Source of the DNA: Octopus bimaculoides
Lineage: Eukaryota
DNA length: 64,000 bases
Assembly: GCF_001194135.2 (NCBI RefSeq)
Contig: NC_068990.1
Location: forward strand, 70,035,007-70,099,006
Direction: 5' to 3'
Made by a program: the position numbers and the translations under genes. Shown here one piece after another: positions 25,523 to 38,928 of the stretch (positions are counted from its first letter, which is position 1; every line of letters starts with the position of its first letter). Below the pieces are notes generated by a model. The model was not told the DNA's origin. It saw only the letters and a program-made list of their open reading frames with translations, and ran no database searches.

Positions 25523-26917
25523 GTATGTAACTATACTCCAGCTTTCTCATTGTATATGTGCAATTGTGTGTGCGGGTCGAGATTATTGATGAGAAGCTGT
25601 GTGTTGAAACATTTTCTCTTTTGAAAGTATCATCCAATGTTGATGTATGTGTTTTTATTTGCAGAATGATTTTTCTAGTATTCATATCTTTCAGTCTAGC
25701 AGGAAGGCAGTACCCATGACCCATTATAGGGCCTCTGAGACTACTGAGAGGAAGGGAAGGCAGATGGTGTCTTCAAACTGGATGCCTCATTTGAGTGCTC
25801 TCAACAGAGTAGACTCCACTAAAGACATTCATGGTGCCAGGTGGCAGGATCGAACTGAGTGACAAGTTAAATCTACCACCTGTGTAGGCTATGGCAGGAT
25901 TTGAACACAGAACACAAAGACTCAGAGCAAATGCTGCAAAGCATCTGGTCCAACATTTTTGCTATTCCACCAAACCACTATCTGGAGTGTTTCTGTTCTG
26001 TTTTGTTTTTATCACCATTCCTGAAAGGATGACAGGCAAAGTTAACATCAATAGGATTTAAACCAATAATGTAAAGACCCAGAACAAATATCACAAAGCA
26101 ATCTCCCCAACACTCTAACAATTCTTCCAGTTGAATCTTATCAACCACAAATACAGAATTTGCTCTAGGCATACAATATATATGCATAACCATCCATGTA
26201 TTATGTTTATACACTATTGAAAGGCATGATGCTGTGGTTTTCATCCAAGATAAAATCTTTTCAAGGACTTGTGTTAAAAGCAATATGTATCAGAGAGATA
26301 TTAAAAATTATTCATGAGAAAGCCAGATGCATTTCAGCCGTCTTGAGCCTTATCAAAAATGTATACTTGCAGTTACTCATCTGGATGGAATCTGTTCCCT
26401 CCAATATATAAGAAACAGTGAATAATGCATTCACTGATATTGCAAATAGCTACCAAGTGGAATAAAAGTATGTTCTGTAAATAGAGACTGCTCTACCAGT
26501 TTAAAAACTTTGTGCCTGCCACAAAACCTTAACTGTGCACTCGTCTTTCACTTCTTATGTTAAGTCTCTCTGAATCTCCCTCCCCCCCCCACTCCCTGTA
26601 CAATGTAAAGCAGGACAAAAGATATCAACCAACAACCAACCAACACTAATGTCAGCTATTATTATACAGAGATGATTTTTGTTTTCTCTCTCTCACAGTG
26701 TGTGGCATTTTTCTATTCATTGCCACCCACTAAGCATTCATTCTGTACCTGTTAGGCTAACTCTGTGTCTGTCCTTTACTCTTTCTTTCTTTTCGCTATC
26801 TTTATGCTGTAAACCATGAGTGGGAAAATCAGTCATCCAACCAACCAACCAACATTTATATCAGCTGTTATTATATAAAAAACAAACCAAATGCTTTTTT
26901 TTTTCTCCTTATTGTAG

Positions 26918-27059
26918 GCTTGTCGAAGATTCAAGAATGAAGGCGAATGTGTTGCTTTTTGTCCTCCTATGACAAAATATAATGCCGTTACATTTGAGAT
27001 GGAAAAGAATCCAAACTACAAATATTCTTATGGATCTCTTTGTGTTAAGAATTGTCCAA
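26918..27059 (+). CDS. EGFR: EGFR coding exon E (CR1 dimerisation arm)
   Basis: ttgtag acceptor, gtgagt donor, phase 0-1, 142 nt. ACRRFKNEGECVAFCPPMTKYNAVTFEMEKNPNYKYSYGSLCVKNCP (human [33 protein letters not shown]). Confidence 0.96.
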
Positions 27060-28329
27060 GTGAGTTAGAATTCATTTGTTCATTTGCTTTTATGTCCAAT
27101 TTTCTATGATAGCATGGATCAGGTAAATATATTATTGTGGCATTATTTTAAAGGTGGATACTCTTCCTGTTGCTAACCCTTGCCTGTTTTTCAAATAAGG
27201 GATTTCTCATTCTATTCCCAGTCTTTGAAGGGACAAAGCCAGCAGGTGATTTCTTGACAAGGTAAACATCACCATCACATGTAGCTCAGCAGCTTTTGGA
27301 GAAGCACAAGTGTAAACACACATGCATACATACACACCTAACAGGCTTCTTTCAGTTTCTGTCTACCAAAGCCACTCTCAAGATTTTGGCCAGCCTGTAA
27401 AATAAGTAGAAGACACTTGTCCAAGATGTTCTGTGGGATTGAACCCAAACCCTCGTGGTTGACAAGCAAATGTCTTAACCACACAGCCATGCTGTTACCT
27501 ATACTATTAAATAATTTATTTTTTTTAGATAATTAGACCATTTATCCCAAAAGTGTCTGTTTTATGGTGAGGTCACTACAGTGAGATTTCTCTAAACAAT
27601 TACCAGAAGATGGAGCTATAATATTTCTGAATGGGTATTAATTATGTCTGTTAGGAAGCTTTACAAAGAGGCTGACCAAGGACCAGGATATCTGGTGCAT
27701 TTCTGTACTCAAGAAGACCCATCTGCCACAGCAGAATTGATAACTCGTACTGGTGCCATGTTAAAAGCACTGGTGCTGGTTTCACGCAAAAAGCACCCGA
27801 TATACTTTGTAGCCTAGTTGATACTATGAATGGCATAGAAATCATGCTAGAATCAGCCCATGCCAGCATAGAAAACGGTTCTCAAATGATGATGATGATG
27901 ANNNNNNNNNNNNNNNNNNNNNNNNNNNNNNNNNNNNNNNNNNNNNNNNNNNNNNNNNNNNNNNNNNNNNNNNNNNNNNNNNNNNNNNNNNNNNNNNATC
28001 TTGCGCAATAATATGATCACATTTATATCTACAACATATATATATATTCATGAACATACTTTCTGAATATACATAGCTGTCTAGTTAAGAATTTTGCTCC
28101 TGAACTATATGGTTTTAGGTTCAGTCCCAGTACACAGCATCTTGTTCAAATGGCTTTTACTATATCTTCAAGCTAGCCAAAATATTGTGAGTGAATTTGG
28201 TAGTTGGAAATTAACATGAAGCTTGTCAGATGTGTGTGTGTGTGTGTATGTATATATATATATATATNNNNNNNNNNATATATATATATATATACGTGTG
28301 TGTGTGTGTGTGTTTGTTTGTTTGTTTAT

Positions 28330-28718
28330 TTATTTATTTTTTGTGTATCAAGGCTACCATTGGTTTCTTGTTAAGAAATACCTCAGCAATTATCAAGACC
28401 ATCATGTGGAAACATCAGTGTCTGTCTCCATTTTGGNNNNNNNNNNNNNNNNNNNNNNNNNNNNNNNNNNNNNNNNNNNNNNNNNNNNNNNNNNNNNNNN
28501 NNNNNNNNNNNNNNNNNNNNNNNNNNNNNNNNNNNNNNNNNNNNNNNNNNNNNNNNNNNNNNNNNNNNNNNNNNNNNAAATAATAGATAGATATATATAT
28601 ATATATACATACTCCAAAATGGAGACAAGCACCGATGTTTCCATGTGACAGGCTTGATAATTGTTGCGGCATTCTTTAACGTGAAACCAATGGTAGCTTA
28701 AATACACAAAATAAATAA
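28330..28718. mobile_element. Older foldback/MITE with ~105-bp inverted arms around a (TA)n centre and a gap
   Basis: 28330-28436 versus the reverse complement of 28614-28718 align at roughly 80% identity by eye. Confidence 0.7.
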
Positions 28719-29080
28719 TTTTTATCCACCAATGCAGTGTTGAGCACTCATTCTCATTGTTCAATATTTATATATATATATATATGTACATATTTTGTGT
28801 GTTCTTGTCTTGACATTGCACACTAAATGTAAACAAATATCACCATCATACATGTGATGTTGTTTATTTGCATTCTTCTATGAAAACAGACCAGGAGGAA
28901 AATATTACTTTGCTTTCTATCCAGTTAAAATGATCATCAGGCTGCAGAAAATCTGCCTCAAGAAATTTTGTCTGCTCCATACAAGTTTCAAAAATTAGAT
29001 ATTAAAATGATAATGATGATTATATGCTATTGGTTTCTAAAACCTATTCTATCAATATTATATAAACTTTGATCTTACAG

Positions 29081-29182
29081 GTCACATGTTGAAAGATGAT
29101 TCTGCTTGTGTAAGGAAATGTCCTCCAAACAAACAAGCAATCAACAACACCTGCGTACTGTGTGAAGGAGTTTGTCCAAAAA
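29081..29182 (+). CDS. EGFR: EGFR coding exon F (end of CR1)
   Basis: cttacag acceptor, gtaagt donor, phase 1-1, 102 nt. SHMLKDDSACVRKCPPNKQAINNTCVLCEGVCPK. Confidence 0.95.
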
Positions 29183-29400
29183 GTAAGTGTACTTAATGCT
29201 TTCNNNNNNNNNNGTACTGTGTGAAGGAGTTTGTCCAAAAAGTAAGTGTACTTAATGCTTTCATTTTTGCTGGTTTCACCCATACATGTTATCTATATGT
29301 ATATATAAATGTTGGGGAGAATCCATGTTACTGAAACTTACTTAACCTTTCAGTATTTAAANNNNNNNNNNTGGGGAGAATCCATGTTACTGAAACTTAC

Positions 29401-29626
29401 TTAACCTTTCAGTATTTAAACCAGTCGTATCTGGTCCAAATATGCTGCCTGTTTTATGTTCAAATCAACCAGATCCAACCAAACACACGTACCCTTCAAT
29501 GTCATTTTCAAAATATACAATCACATCATTAAAATTTCGAATCTACAAAATAATGCATGATTAATTGAAATCAGTGTGAATGAAAAAGTATTACATTTGA
29601 CAATAATCTGAATGCTAAAGGGTTAA
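29401..29626. mobile_element. piggyBac-like MITE (TTAA-flanked)
   Basis: Left ttaacctttcagtatt; right end reverse-complements to ttaaccctttagcatt. The extra left copy at 29342 is a gap-overlap artefact. Confidence 0.65.
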
Positions 29627-30636
29627 TGTAATCAGTTTTTGCTTTCAATCTAATTTTTGATTTTACAGATATTGAAAACAAATACACTATGAAGAGAGTA
29701 TCCTATAAGTAAACAATATCCTATATATAAGCAACATTTTCTAAATAAGCAATATTTTCTAAATAAGCCACATCTGATTGACGAGCTATGTCCTATAGAT
29801 CAAATGTATCCCACAGATCAGTCTCACCCCATAGATGAGTCACATCCCACAGATGATCCACATTTTAGGGATTAACTAACTGTATAATTAGTATAATTAA
29901 ACTACATCCATAAATAAACCAGATGCTAATAACTGAAGTAGAACTTAAGAGGAGACAACTAGCTTAGTAGAGAAGATAGGTTACTGAAGTTTATGAACAG
30001 AATGTTATTGTCAATCATGATTGGCCGAGACTGGTGCCTGGCCAAACAACTAATTTTGGCATTATACTTTTGTCACTGTGGTTGACTTCAGGTAATGTTA
30101 TATTGCTGCAATAATTTTATTTTTATTCATTTTCAAAATTCCTATGACTTATTAATATGGACATCATTAAGAACAATTCAACATATACTTCAATACAGCA
30201 TCACTACATTGAAGACTGTTGTTAGGAAGGCATTCGGGTATATCCACAAGAAGCAAAGAGGATACATAGTCTTTTTCTTNNNNNNNNNNCATTCGGGTAT
30301 ATCCACAAGAAGCAAAGAGGATACATAGTCTTTTTCTTCTGCATTATATATATATATATAGTTGTGGTATATTCTGTTAAGAATGTAGTAGAGTACAGTA
30401 TAAAGCTCATCCAGCTTCAGATTTCACCCTGTGCTATCCAGGTTTGCATTTGTTTACAAAATAACCTTCTACAAGTAAGACAGTAGACCGGCTAAAGAGA
30501 GAGAGTAGTATCAGGGAAAGGAGAGGAGAGAAAAAAGTAATACAGTGAAGGAGAGGCAGAGAGAGTAATAGCTATGACTGAGAGAGTGAGAGAAAGTAAT
30601 GACTGTTTGAGAAAGAACACAGTGTATCTTCATATA

Positions 30637-30678
<42 letters not shown>

Positions 30679-31013
30679 NNNNNNNNNNNNNNNNNNNNNN
30701 NNNNNNNNNNNNNNNNNNNNNNNNNNNNNNNNNNNNNNNNNNNNNNNNNNNNNNNNNNNNNNNNNNNNNNNNNNNNNNNNNNTATATATACAATGGGCTT
30801 CTTTCAGTTTCCATCTACCAAATCCACTTACAAGACTTTGTTCAGTTCGAAGCTACAGTGGAAGGCACTTGCCCAAGGTGCCATGCAGTGGGACTGAACC
30901 TGGAACCATGNNNNNNNNNNCCCAAGGTGCCATGCAGTGGGACTGAACCTGGAACCATGTAGTTGGGAAGTAAACTTCTTACGACACAGCCAAACCTGCA
31001 CCTGTGTCTGTAG

Positions 31014-31053
<40 letters not shown>

Positions 31054-31117
31054 GTATANNNNNNNNNNNNNNNNNNNNNNNNNNNNNNNNNNNNNNNNNN
31101 NNNNNNNNNNNNNATAC

Positions 31118-31155
<38 letters not shown>

Positions 31156-32423
31156 GTATCAATAAATACACTACATGCCACTTTGTGTGATGTTTTTCTT
31201 GATCCAAGTCCTACCTCTAAATGAAGGCAACAGCCATGGTAGTAAAAATAGGAAAAAGAGCAGATAGAGAAATTGTAGTAGTAGGAGTTAAAGGCAGAGG
31301 AGGTGAATTATTAATTGTTATTTTATAGCAGGAGGTATAGCAAAAGTAATAGACAGTGAGAAGTGCGGGACAAAGAGTTATTCCATATAAGGTTATTTGA
31401 CATGCTCAGCATGACCAAGCAAGCAACAATGAGAATTTTTATTCTATGAGCATTTTTATTCCCATTTTTACATTTTAATTTTTCATGTGTTGTATAGATC
31501 CATAAATTGAAATGTAGTTTTGACATCTATCAGTGCACAATNNNNNNNNNNTATAGATCCATAAATTGAAATGTAGTTTTGACATCTATCAGTGCACAAT
31601 ATTTTGTTTATTCCTCAGTCTTTGAAATTATCTATCAAAGAACCAATATCTCAGATCTTTTCTGTTTGGCTGCTCCTGTGGAAATTTTGAAGTTTAGTGA
31701 AGATTTTAAAATTTGGTGTATTGATGTAATTTTCCATGTCGAGTCTCATGGGCTAATTCACTTCCAGAAAATTTTTTTTTCAAATTAAAGAGGTTTGATC
31801 ATTTTTACCCAGTCAGAAAAGAGGATTTGGAAGCTATCATTTTGTGCGTGACTGCACCTATTGTCAACTATAAACAAATGAAGTATTGATGGAATTCTGC
31901 TTTATGCTTGCCACATAACCCCTCATAACTTTTTTATATTTTGGAAATTTCAGAAAATTTATGCGAATTTGTATTCTACATGTGAGAATTCATACAATTA
32001 TGCAAAAGCCAAAAGAAATTTTGGTGCATGATTTAAAGCCTATTCAGCTATTATTTTTAGCACATCTCATGACCACCTCATACCTCATGTGTTTTAAGCA
32101 TTTAATAATCAAAAAATGATTACGTGGGTAAGCAGCTTAGTAACTGAATGATTTGTTACTACGGAAACAAGCACCTATGTCTGTGGCTTTCAAATTGGCT
32201 AAAATTACCCAAAATTTGCAAACTTTAAAAACTGTTANNNNNNNNNNNNNNNNNNNNNNNNNNNNNNNNNNNNNNNNNNNNNNNNNNNNNNNNNNNNNNN
32301 NNNNNNNNNNNNNNNNNNNNNNNNNNNNNNNNNNNNNTTACCTACCTTTTTCCCCTCTTTCTTTAACCTAACAATATCATAAACCATTGTACCACACTAA
32401 AATGTTAATCTATTTCTTTCTAG

Positions 32424-32529
32424 CTTGCAATGGAACTAAAAGTTGGTTGAATTCAAAAAACATTGCTTCTTTCAAAGACTGTACCATTATCGAAGGCAAT
32501 TTAATTATGTTAGGTGTAACATTTAAAGG
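32424..32529 (+). CDS. EGFR: EGFR coding exon G (start of L2)
   Basis: ctttctag acceptor, gtaagt donor, phase 1-2, 106 nt. TCNGTKSWLNSKNIASFKDCTIIEGNLIMLGVTFKG. Confidence 0.95.
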
Positions 32530-32583
32530 GTAAGTTGTTTTGATTTTGACACGTTGAGTTCTTGTGGCCAATAAAATTAAACA

Positions 32584-32742
<159 letters not shown>

Positions 32743-34672
32743 TTAAAGGATAAAAATTTATTCACACTATGCACTAGTGAGATAAATATTTATTCACTCC
32801 CTGCACTTGTAAAATAAATATTTATTCATCTCCAGCATTTTCTCAGGTAAATATTTATGAATCCCCAGCATTTATAAGATAAATATATTTATTTCATTCA
32901 GCCTTCCATAGCTTGAAGTATCCAGTAATAACTGTTTAAACCCTGTTGGCTTCATGTAGAAAAGGGGGAAAGCAGGAGTTGTGGCTTTCATGCCTTTCAC
33001 AAGGCTAAGTATTGGAAGTATCAGTGAAGGGAAATTATACCTGCCAGTTAAACTATGGTGTACAAGCCAACAGGTTAGATCCTGTGTGATTGCTTAAACT
33101 GGTAAAAATAGCAGCGAAATATCCCTCAACTTCACACTCTACTATCTTAAAAATGTAAGAACATATTAGATAATGTAGTCCTAGATAAACTATGTCTGTA
33201 AAAAGTGACATGGTCACATCTGGAATGTCTTTGATGATTCAATCAGTCAGGACTGAATTAGTGGTTAGCTACTAATATCTATCTAGTTACTAACTAACCA
33301 CTTATTGCCTACTCTCTGGTGGTCATGCTTTAACATCATAACTTCTTGCTTTGCAGTCATGAGGTTTGGGGTTTGGTCCCACTATGTGATACCTTGGGCA
33401 AGTATCTTCTATTATAGCCCTAGGCCAACCAATGTCTTGTGAGCGAAATTGGTAGATGGAAACTGTGAAAGTCCATCTTATATATGTTTCTGTGTGTTTG
33501 TGTCTGTGTTACTCCCCTCCCCCACTGCCTGACAATTAGTGTTGGTTTGTTTTTGTCCCTGTAATCTAGTAGTTCAGCAAAAGAGAGCAACAGGATAAGT
33601 ACAGGAGTCAATTTGTTGGACTAAAACCATTCAAGGTGGTGCCCCAGGATTACCACAGTCCACTGACTGAAACGAGTAAAAGTTAAAAGATGGACATGTT
33701 AGTGGATGACAGATAGTGCACCACACTTTAGTTTGTATTCAGTTTGTCTTTTTTCAGTCTGAGTTCAAATTTTGCCAAAGTCAACTTTGTCCTTTCATCT
33801 ACCCTGGGGCATCCAAAAGTTAAATATTGATGTTGACTTGATCAATATGTTACTCTCTCAATATTTGTGGTTATATATATAAATGATAGCAATTACTATC
33901 TAAATATTTGTAAAGGTGCTGGTGCCATATAGAAATAAACAATGTCCGTGAAAGCTTCCTGGTCACAAATATTTGTTAGTGTTGGTGCCATGTAAAAAGC
34001 ACTGGTGATGGTGCCACATAAAATCACTGGTGATAGTGCCATGTAAAAAGCACCCATTACACTCTGTAAAGTGGTTGGCATTAGGAAACATATCCAGCTG
34101 TAGAAATTAAGCTAAAACAGAGTATGGAACCAGTTGCAGCTTCTGTCAAGTCATCCAATCCATGCCAGCATGGAAAACAAACTTTACATGATGTTGATGA
34201 CAAGAATCCTTGTCTAAATGCTTTTGGAAATTACTTTCTATCATAAGTGTGGTCTTATTTCTCTCTGACTCTACCTTCAAACTTTTGGGGTTGACAAAAG
34301 TTAATATCAATCATTTACTGAGATTAATTTAACTGACTCCCTCTGTCTCAGTTCCCAGACCTTCAGTACTAAGCAACTTTCCCTATCATTTTCCTAGAAT
34401 TCATCTGTCTGGAATTCTGCCCTTATCATTTACCTTTTGTCTTATATATTTTTGTTTCAATCATTGGACTGCAGCCATACTGGAGCACCACCTTCAAGGG
34501 TGTTAGTCAAACAAATAGACCTAATACTTGTTGTTTTTTTTTAAGTCTGGTACTTATTCTATTGGTCTCTTTTTGCCAAACTGCTAAGTTACAGGAATGT
34601 AATCAAACCAACACCAGTTGTCAAGTGGTAGTGGGAGGCAAGCACAATACACAGACGTACATGTAGATATAT

Positions 34673-34713
<41 letters not shown>

Positions 34714-34723
34714 NNNNNNNNNN

Positions 34724-34761
<38 letters not shown>

Positions 34762-35139
34762 CGGGCTTCTTCCAGTTGCCACCTATCAAATTCACTCACA
34801 AGACTTAGGTTTGTCTAGAGTTATATGATAGCAGAAGACTACTGTAATTGGGAAGCTAGCTTCTTATCCACACAGCCACAATTTTCCAGCAAACATTGAC
34901 TTGGATCTGTTATATTCAATCTGAATATAACTGGTATGAACTTCAAGCTTTGAAGGGCTGGCAGGTGACAAAGTGGGAGATGCACTATCCTCCACTTCAG
35001 ACTATTTTATACAATTTTTTTTACAAAACACCTCTAGAATTATATGAAATCAATGTATGGTCCTTCAGTAGAAGGTGATTTTGTGTTGCAACTTTTAATG
35101 TTTGAATGTTGTTTTGAATCATGTTCTTGTTTATTTTAG

Positions 35140-35307
35140 GGATCCCAGTTTTCTAATTAGGCCTCTAGTTCTGAAACACCTTGACAATTTAAACAGCGTG
35201 CAAGAAATAACTGGACGTTTCACCATACAGGAAAGTCCTGTGGAACTAAAGAATCTCTCCTTCTTCAAAAACTTGGAAGTCATTGGTGGACGAAACGAAG
35301 CTGTCCT
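35140..35307 (+). CDS. EGFR: EGFR coding exon H (L2; equals human exons 10+11)
   Basis: ttttag acceptor, gtaagt donor, phase 2-2, 168 nt. DPSFLIRPLVLKHLDNLNSVQEITGRFTIQESPVELKNLSFFKNLEVIGGRNEAV. Confidence 0.95.
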
Positions 35308-35500
35308 GTAAGTCTAATTAAGTATATGTGTGTATGAGTGAAAGAACATATGCATGTGTGTGTATTTGGAAAACAATTCTTATTTTTTGCGATACCGATT
35401 GAAATACTTATCAATGTACAACAATCTAAATATTCACTGCCCACCCCAAACTCTGTAATCACTTCTCCTCTGTTTTTTATATCTCCTCTCTCTCTCTCTT

Positions 35501-35552
<52 letters not shown>

Positions 35553-35752
35553 CTGCTTTCTCCTTCTCTCTTGCTTTCTATCTCATCCATTCTTTCTCCC
35601 ATACTTTCTATCTCACCTATTCTCCTTCCTCTCCTTTCTCTCCCCCACACTCTTTCTTAAATTACTGCTATTGTCTAGACTTCTGGCTCCTTATTAACCC
35701 TTTACCTTTCATTATCCCTATCACTAATTCCACATACAACAACAATTATATC

Positions 35753-36300
35753 TTAGTGGAAGAGGTAGGCCCAGGAAGACCTGGGCTGAGGTGGTGAGGC
35801 AAGACCTTCGAACATTGGGCCTCACCGAGGCGATGACTACTGACCGAGACCTTTGGAAATGTGCTGTGCGTGAGAAGACCCGGCAAGCCAAGTGAGATCG
35901 TTGCCAGTGCCCCTGGACTGGCTCTTGTGCGGGTGGCACATAAGATGTACCGTCCTGATCCATCCTGAGCGTGACCGTTGCCAGTACTGCCTGACTGGCC
36001 CTGTAGGGTTTTCGAGCGAGATCGTTGCCAGTGCCCCTGGACTGGCTCTTGTGCGGGTGGCACATAAAAGACACCATTTCGAGCGTGGCCGTTTTCGTGC
36101 GGGTGGCACATAAAAGCACCCACTACACTCTCTGAGTGGTTGGCGTTAGGAAGGGCATCCAGCTGTAGAAACTCTGCCAAATTAGATTGGAGCCTGGTGT
36201 AGCCATCCGGTTGCACCAGTCCTCAGTCAAATCGTCCAACCCATGCTAGCATGGAAAGCGGCCGTTAAACGGTGATGATGATGATGATGATGATGATGAT
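35753..36300 (+). mobile_element. 5'-truncated RTE-clade LINE: ORF C-terminus, repetitive 3' UTR and (GAT)n tail
   Basis: 35755-35895 encodes SGRGRPRKTWAEVVRQDLRTLGLTEAMTTDRDLWKCAVREKTRQAK*, the typical RTE C-terminal GRGRP..TW...DL...DR..W motif. CpGs are retained and the element ends in a GAT repeat. Confidence 0.85.
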
Positions 36301-37422
36301 CAGTAATAACAAATTCCATCAAATATTTACAGCAAGCTGTCAAAACACTTCATACTTGCTTTTGTCCTGAACAAACCCAAATGCATTTGTTGCTTCCTAA
36401 AATCCATATTGACCCTTGTCAATCTGCCAGAAATCCTCACTGTGTATGTTTTCTCTAGCCAACTGTTTGCACCTGACTGTACAGAAATAGATATTTCCCT
36501 GATCCAGTTGCACTTTTTCAACACCCTCGTCATGCCTTCCCACCTTTTGTTTTGTTGTTCTTTTTGTTTTGTTTTGTTTTTTATATATCCCTGCTAACAT
36601 TCTGGTCTTTTTTCTCAAATGTACACTTTACTCTTCCAAGTTTCTGTTTGCCAGTCAAAGTTGAACTTCATTGTGAAGTTTTTAAAGGCTTGGATGAACA
36701 GAACCTTCACAGAACCTGGTCCTAATACCCTCTGTCAAGACCTTTAAAACATCTCATCCATTTCTCTTTCCTGACACACTATTTTTCTGTTTACCGTTTT
36801 GTTAGTCAAAAGTCCTTTTATTTTAATTACTTTTTCCCTTAAACTGCTACTCTTTGTAACTCAATACCATCATCTTGTTTTCTTATGGACTGTGAAATTC
36901 AGCCCTTTAGGCTTTGTATCAATCAACATATTTTGAATTTGTTGGCTCCTTCTTTTCCTTCTTTGTGATCCCTTATATTACAAAGCCTCAAGTGTTGTTT
37001 GGGTCAAAATCATTTAAAACAAAAAGACAGTACACCTTTTTTATCAATCAAACTTGAATTTCATTGTGATGTCTTTAATGACTTGGGTAAAGAAAAGACA
37101 AGAGGACCATAGCAAACCCCTTTTTATTGATTAAATTTCACTGTATTGAGAACCAGTTGTAGGACTATTTAATTCTTTTATTCATGATATGTGAATTGCT
37201 CTAGAATAGTTTATCAGCAGCTTACATTCACACCTGGCTTTCTGATTTTCGTGTACAGAATTCCACTAGAAGCCTTCTCTTTGTTGACAAAATCATTTAT
37301 CAAATGATAAACTGACAAATACAAAACTTATATGCTGACCTTGTTAGTGCCAGTATCATATAAAAAGCACCCAGTACACATTGTAAGGAAGGGCACGCTG
37401 CCATAGAAATCATATCATATAT

Positions 37423-37745
37423 TCTTATTTCATTTGCTTTATCTAGTGTGATGTTGCTACTCTTAACTAATTTTCCTCTTTTCAAGGTTGCTTTGACACA
37501 TTTTTCTAAGCCAAATTTCATGTTTATTTCTTTGGTAAATCCATGTATTGTCTGTAGTAATGTTTCCAGCTGTTAATCATTTGTAGTATACAGTTTTAGA
37601 TCATCCATATATAAGAGGCGGCTGACTGTTTTGCTGTAACAGTTGTATCCACATCCATTTCTGTTTAGCAAGTCAGATAAAAGTGTCAGTGCCAAGCAGA
37701 AAGTGAGTGGAGAGAGTGTGTCTCCCATGAATATTCCTCTTCTAA

Positions 37746-37750
<5 letters not shown>
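37423..37750 (-). mobile_element. R4/Dong-like non-LTR retrotransposon reverse-transcriptase fragment
   Basis: One minus frame reads IRRGIFMGDTLSPLTFCLAL...RLLYMDDLKLYTTND*QLETLLQTIHGFTKEINMKFGLEKC. It carries the RT motifs GIFxGDxLSP, YMDD and MKFGLEKC typical of restriction-like-endonuclease clades; clade assignment is from motif recall. Confidence 0.8.
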
Positions 37751-37780
<30 letters not shown>

Positions 37781-37803
37781 TCTTTTTTTTTTTTTGTTTT
37801 CAG

Positions 37804-37994
37804 AGGAAAATCCCTTTTTATTTTGAAGACACAACTTGAATTTCTGGGGTTGACCAAACTAAAACATATCCGCAATGGCAATGTGGTAATCAAGCATAAT
37901 GATAACTTGTGCTATGCTGAAACCATAAAGTTCAATTCAATATTTACATCTCCCGGACAGAAACCGTATGTCTCTGAAAATGGTAACAACTGCG
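37804..37994 (+). CDS. EGFR: EGFR coding exon I (end of L2)
   Basis: ttttcag acceptor, gtaggt donor, phase 2-1, 191 nt. GKSLFILKTQLEFLGLTKLKHIRNGNVVIKHNDNLCYAETIKFNSIFTSPGQKPYVSENGNNC. Confidence 0.95.
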
Positions 37995-38103
37995 GTAGGT
38001 GACAGTACTCTTAACTTTAACCTACTTTAATGCTTAGGTGTTCAGATTTGTTCATATCGATGTAGAAATATAAAAACAACATAAATTCAAGTATATGTAT
38101 ATA

Positions 38104-38369
38104 TCATCATCATCATCATCATCATCATCGTTTAACATCCGCTTTCCATGCTAGCATGGGTTGAACGATTTGACTGAGGACTGGTGAAACTGGATGGCAA
38201 CACCAGGCTCCAATCTAAATTTGGCAGAGTTTCTACAGCTGGATGCCCTTCCTAACGCCAACCACTCAGAGAGTGTAGTAGGTGCTTTTACGTGTCACCT
38301 GCACGAAGGCCAGTCAGGCGATACTGGCAACGGCCACGCTCGAAATGGTGTCTTTTATGTGCCACCCAC
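38104..38369 (-). mobile_element. RTE-related 3' tail element (minus strand)
   Basis: Reverse complement of the same tail, with (CAT)n at the left end; runs into a gap. Confidence 0.85.
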
Positions 38370-38928
38370 NNNNNNNNNNNNNNNNNNNNNNNNNNNNNNN
38401 NNNNNNNNNNNNNNNNNNNNNNNNNNNNNNNNNNNNNNNNNNNNNNNNNNNNNNNNNNNNNNNNNNNNNNNNNNNNNNNNNNNNNNNNNNNNNNNNNNNN
38501 NNNNNNNNNNNNNNNNNNNNNNNNNNNNNNNNNNNNNNNNNNNNNNNNNNNNNNNNNNNNNNNNNNNNNNNNNNNNNNNNNTATATATATATATATATAT
38601 ATATATATTATGCATCTGTGGAGTGCTCAGCCACTTGCACATTACTTCCATGAGCAGGTTGTTCTACTGATCAGATCAACTGGCACTCATGCTATTGTAA
38701 CCAACTGAGAGCCAGGCCATCATATTTTCAACTCTCAAAAAACATCTAGTATAAAACCATCTCCCTCAACGCTATTCCCTCCCACTTGGTTGAGTGAGTC
38801 TTGTCTTGTCTTGTGAGTTACTTGGTGACTTCACCAGTGCTGGTGCCAGGTAAAAAGCACACAGCATACTCAGTGAAGTGATTGGGGTTAGGAAGGGCAT
38901 CCAACTGTAGAAATCATACCTAAAATTA

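Noticed and set aside
29155-29262. Apparent tandem duplication of the 3' end and donor of exon F
   Set aside because: Exact ~49-nt repeat on either side of a 10-N gap, i.e. an unmerged contig overlap rather than exon duplication.
11407-31580. Many ~50-nt direct repeats separated by 10 Ns (e.g. gaps near 11468, 11703, 16604, 17287, 17828, 18391, 19295, 19751, 22634, 22801, 23882, 29361, 30280, 30911, 31542)
   Set aside because: Uniform length, near-perfect identity and an N spacer indicate scaffolding artefacts; not CRISPR arrays or biological repeats.
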